From Gemmatimonadota bacterium (lineage in GTDB: Bacteria > Gemmatimonadota > Gemmatimonadetes > Palauibacterales > KS3-K002): 64,000 nt of DNA. The notes beneath the pieces are model-generated. The model was not told the origin of the DNA. It saw nothing but the letters and a program-made list of their open reading frames with translations, and ran no database searches. The first letter of the stretch is position 1; each line of letters begins with the position of its first letter. Positions 60,900-64,000 of the stretch are shown one piece after another. A program made the position numbers and the translations under genes. Location: positions 64,001 to 128,000 of the forward strand of contig JBDHJS010000006.1 in assembly GCA_039586795.1 (NCBI GenBank), given 5' to 3'.

Positions 60900-61346
60900 A
60901 TGAATGGGCTGGAGGTACTTCCGACTTCGTCGAGGATAATCCTCTATCTGATCCTCTTGCTGATCGCGTTCTTCACGGCGGCCGTCACCTGGGCTCAGCT
61001 CGGGTGTATCAGAGGTCGATTCTTCCAGAACCCTGACGGTACGGTCGATGACTGGCGCGAGCAGAAGATCTTCTACGGGATGGCCTGGGCCGACCTCATC
61101 GTCGCCTGCCCGTTGTCCGTCGTCGGCCTGGTATTGACGTTCACCCAACCCCGGCTCGGCCTGCTGATCATCGCTGGCGTGAGCGTGTGGTTCGTCTGGG
61201 CCAACGTCATGACGACGGTCACGAGCCTGCGTTTCGAGAAGCCGCGGATCACGCTCCAGTGGCTGTTCGTCTTTCCGTTAGGCATCCTGGTCGGTCTGGG
61301 TTACTGGATTTGGATTCTGGTTCATTTCCATCTCGTCTATGGATAG
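60900..61346 (+). CDS. Hypothetical membrane protein (about 4 TM)
   Basis: Hydrophobic segments; GMAWADLIV..PL. Confidence 0.72.
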   Translation: MNGLEVLPTSSRIILYLILLLIAFFTAAVTWAQLGCIRGRFFQNPDGTVDDWREQKIFYGMAWADLIVACPLSVVGLVLTFTQPRLGLLIIAGVSVWFVWANVMTTVTSLRFEKPRITLQWLFVFPLGILVGLGYWIWILVHFHLVYG

Positions 61347-61361
61347 GCCGGCGAGTGTAAC

Positions 61362-61904
61362 ATGTCCTCGGTAGCCGAAAGGCGTTCCGAAGATCCGTGG
61401 CCCGACTTCAAGTGGCCGGTCGCCGTGGCGCACCCGATAGCGGCATCCGCGGGCAGGGTCTGGAACGCCATCTCGATGCCCGGCAACCTCGAGTTGTGCC
61501 ACCCTTTTTGTGCGAAGAACCCGATTGAGGTTTGGCCGGGCGAAGGCTCCCGGGATGAGATTCACTACCTGAGCGGTTGGGTTTTCGAGCGCCGATTCAC
61601 TCGATGGATTGACGGGGTTGGCTATGACCTGGAGATCGGTAGACAAGGCGGAAGGACGTCGTTCGTCTCCTGGCGCATCCTGCCGGGTCGTCAACAGGCC
61701 TGTACGCTGAGGATCGCCATCTATCCACACGTGATTCAGAACGTGCCCCTAGCGATCCGTTGGCTCCCGCACCTCGTGTGGATCAGACCGATGATCAAGA
61801 GCTACCTGTCATCCGTGCTGCGTGGGTTCGAATGGTACGTCACCCGTGGCGTACCCGTGTCGGACAATCAGTTCGGTTCGCACCGCTGGTTCTCGACCGC
61901 GTGA
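61362..61904 (+). CDS. SRPBCC-like protein
   Basis: I.ASA.RVWNAIS.PGNL...HPFC..N; terminal helix L.GFEWY..G. Confidence 0.65.
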   Translation: MSSVAERRSEDPWPDFKWPVAVAHPIAASAGRVWNAISMPGNLELCHPFCAKNPIEVWPGEGSRDEIHYLSGWVFERRFTRWIDGVGYDLEIGRQGGRTSFVSWRILPGRQQACTLRIAIYPHVIQNVPLAIRWLPHLVWIRPMIKSYLSSVLRGFEWYVTRGVPVSDNQFGSHRWFSTA

Positions 61905-61926
61905 TCGCACCGGGAGAGACTCCCCT

Positions 61927-62616
61927 ATGACCGAACACTCCTCTTATCGAATCCTCCTGACCGGTGCTAGCGGTTTTGCCGGCGGCGCGGTCCTGAAGCT
62001 TTGCTTAGACGACCCACGGGTATCGGCTGTGACAAGTGTTGGCCGTAAAGCGTCAGAACTGGAGCATCCCAAGCTCACCGAGGTGGTGCATGCGGAATTC
62101 GACGCCCAATCCGCCATAGCGGATCATTACCGCGATCTCGACGCCGTCTTCTTCTGCCTGGGGATCTCGCAGAGCGATGTGCGCGAAGAAGAGCGATACC
62201 GAGAGATCACCTACGGTTACACGATGGAGAGCGCGCGCCTGCTAAGAGAGTACAGCCCCCGGGCGGTCTTCCACTTCCTTACCGGCGCCGGTACCAATGT
62301 CAACGGCCGATTCATGTGGGCGCGGATCAAGGGCGAAGCAGAGCGCGATCTTTCGGCCATGGGTCTCGGCGGTGCGGTCCACTACCGGCCGGCGTTGATC
62401 GTCGGCCAGGCGTCCGAAGAGCCGCGCTACGCGATGGAGAAGTGGATGCGGCCACTGGAGTTCCTCTACCGGCCCTTCAAGAGCTTCTCGATCCGCACCG
62501 GTGAATTCGGCTGTGCGATGATCCAGGCGATGGTGGAGGGCCTGACGGACGCCGTGCTCGAAAACCGCGACCTGCGAGTGCTTGCCGAGCGCTACCAAGA
62601 AGCCGACGATTCGTGA
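61927..62616 (+). CDS. NAD(P)-binding oxidoreductase/epimerase-like protein
   Basis: LTGASGFAG, FFCLG, WARIKGEAE, YRP. Confidence 0.85.
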   Translation: MTEHSSYRILLTGASGFAGGAVLKLCLDDPRVSAVTSVGRKASELEHPKLTEVVHAEFDAQSAIADHYRDLDAVFFCLGISQSDVREEERYREITYGYTMESARLLREYSPRAVFHFLTGAGTNVNGRFMWARIKGEAERDLSAMGLGGAVHYRPALIVGQASEEPRYAMEKWMRPLEFLYRPFKSFSIRTGEFGCAMIQAMVEGLTDAVLENRDLRVLAERYQEADDS

Positions 62617-62729
62617 CAATAAGAACCGCGAGGAACATCATAGATATTGAGGCACCAACATCGTTCTTTGTGTGGCGCACGATCATCTTCAACCTGGTAC
62701 CGTTCATCGTACTATTGATCATCAGATGA
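62613..62729 (+). CDS. Possible 38-aa membrane peptide or gene remnant
   Basis: GTGA overlap with the upstream stop; MTIRTARNIIDIEAPTSFFVWRTIIFNLVPFIVLLIIR. Confidence 0.3.
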   Translation: MTIRTARNIIDIEAPTSFFVWRTIIFNLVPFIVLLIIR

Positions 62730-62778
62730 ACGAGGATTTGCCCCGTACTTCTCGACGGCACTGCAGAGGGTAGGAACA

Positions 62779-63657
62779 GTGAGTTGGAAACCGGTGGTAC
62801 CCATCTTCGCCGCAATTCTTGTTGGGGTCGCGGCGGAATCGAGTGGTCAACAGCTGGCGGTCGTCGGTCCTCTCGAGCACGTCTACGCCACGCACGGCGG
62901 ACAAGATCTCATAGCCTACGTGTTCGCGCCCGAGGAGAAGACGCCAGCGCCCCGTTCTGCCATACTCGTCTTCCACGGTGGCGGCTGGCACATCGGAGCG
63001 CCACAGTGGGCCTTTGCCCGGGCCCGGCACTTTGCCGAGCTCGGCATGGTCGCCATCTCGGTGCAGTACCGGCTGTCGGACCAGCAGTCGATCACGCCGC
63101 TGGAGGCGATGGCCGACGCGAGGGCGGCCGTGCGCTGGGCGCGCTCACACGCGGACGATCTGGGGATTGCCAGCGACCGGATCGCCGCCTACGGCTGGTC
63201 GGCCGGTGCGCACCTGGCCACGTGCGCCGCGGTCTTCAACGACTCTCTCGAAACTGGCGTCAGCAGCGCCCCAGATGCCCTGGTCCTCGTTTCGCCCGCC
63301 GTTTCCCTCGAAGGAGACAGCTGGCCGCAGCGGCTGCTGGGGGACAGGGCGAGCGTGGATGAGATTTCGCCGGACATGCATGTACGGCCGGGACTGCCTC
63401 CCACGATCATCCTTCAGGGGCGAACAGATACCGTGACGCCAACGGCCGGTGTAAGGCGCTTCTGCGACCGGATGCGTGATCAGGGCAATCGGTGCGATCT
63501 TCATGTCTATGACGGGGTCGGCCATCTGTTCACGCCGTCGTCCGAGCCCGACTACGGGACCCCGAAATCGGACGCCGAAGTTGAGGCCGCCGCTTACGCG
63601 GAGGCGGACAGGTTTCTGGTTTCGCTCGGGTTCATCAACGCGGTAGAAGGCACATGA
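62779..63657 (+). CDS. Exported alpha/beta hydrolase (HSL-like esterase)
   Basis: HGGGW, VQYRL, GWSAG, D.VTP, GVGHLF. Confidence 0.9.
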   Translation: MSWKPVVPIFAAILVGVAAESSGQQLAVVGPLEHVYATHGGQDLIAYVFAPEEKTPAPRSAILVFHGGGWHIGAPQWAFARARHFAELGMVAISVQYRLSDQQSITPLEAMADARAAVRWARSHADDLGIASDRIAAYGWSAGAHLATCAAVFNDSLETGVSSAPDALVLVSPAVSLEGDSWPQRLLGDRASVDEISPDMHVRPGLPPTIILQGRTDTVTPTAGVRRFCDRMRDQGNRCDLHVYDGVGHLFTPSSEPDYGTPKSDAEVEAAAYAEADRFLVSLGFINAVEGT

Positions 63658-64000
63658 ACGAGGACATGCCCGAGGCCGTCCGCCTGCTTCAGGAGGCGCT
63701 GTCCGGCCCTCCCGGCGTCTCGGAGGTGACGACGCAATCCGGCCGTCGAGTGCGGGTCGAACGTGATCCCGAGCCAGGCATTCAGGTTCGACTCGCTCAG
63801 CTGGACTCAGAAGGACCACGAGCGGAGTGGCGGGCACTGTCGGTGGACGCGGTCGAGGAACGCCCCGAGTCCTATCCGGCCGATCTTCCGTTTCTGCCCG
63901 GAGTGGAGGCATTGCTCTTCGTCTTCGGTGACGCTGCCAGCGTTACGTGGAGGCCGACAGGAGCCTCCTGCCCGGTTCCACCAAAGCAACCCGACGAGAG
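63654..64000 (+). CDS. Hypothetical protein, truncated by window end
   Basis: ATGA overlap; open frame MNEDMPEAVRLLQEAL...ERPESYPADLPFLPG to the window end. Confidence 0.65.
   Translation, partial: MNEDMPEAVRLLQEALSGPPGVSEVTTQSGRRVRVERDPEPGIQVRLAQLDSEGPRAEWRALSVDAVEERPESYPADLPFLPGVEALLFVFGDAASVTWRPTGASCPVPPKQPDE

Noticed and set aside
59418..64000. Integron cassette array
   Set aside because: Intergenic gaps are mostly too short or overlapping and lack RYYYAAC...GTTRRRY palindromes

Overview
High-GC bacterial chromosome segment. Gene content and order suggest Gemmatimonadota (inference). It is mostly housekeeping: uppP-nadC-coaX, groES-groEL, thrS-infC-rpmI-rplT-pheST-zapB-like-zapA-6S RNA-rny-ymdB-folD-xseAB-ispA-nadK-recN, tRNA-Cys, a type IV minor pilin cluster with duplicated PilX-like genes, ccmE-F-G-H-I, amino-acid and peptide metabolism genes, tatA, an AraC regulator and a string of small accessory genes. 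I found no integrase, transposase, CRISPR array or reverse transcriptase. The most notable signals are: (1) a four-helix-bundle gene bracketed by 79-nt inverted repeats, with a gene-less copy of the same repeats upstream of thrS and several other periodic palindromes in intergenic gaps; (2) a tandemly duplicated module of a Zn-ribbon Ser/Thr kinase with a periplasmic stalk converging on an outer-membrane beta-barrel gene; (3) a candidate sigma54-dependent structured RNA of about 200 nt divergent from ccmE; (4) non-canonical start codons for infC and an NhaC-family transporter, and two enzymes with altered catalytic motifs. All family calls come from motif recognition by eye; no database searches were run.
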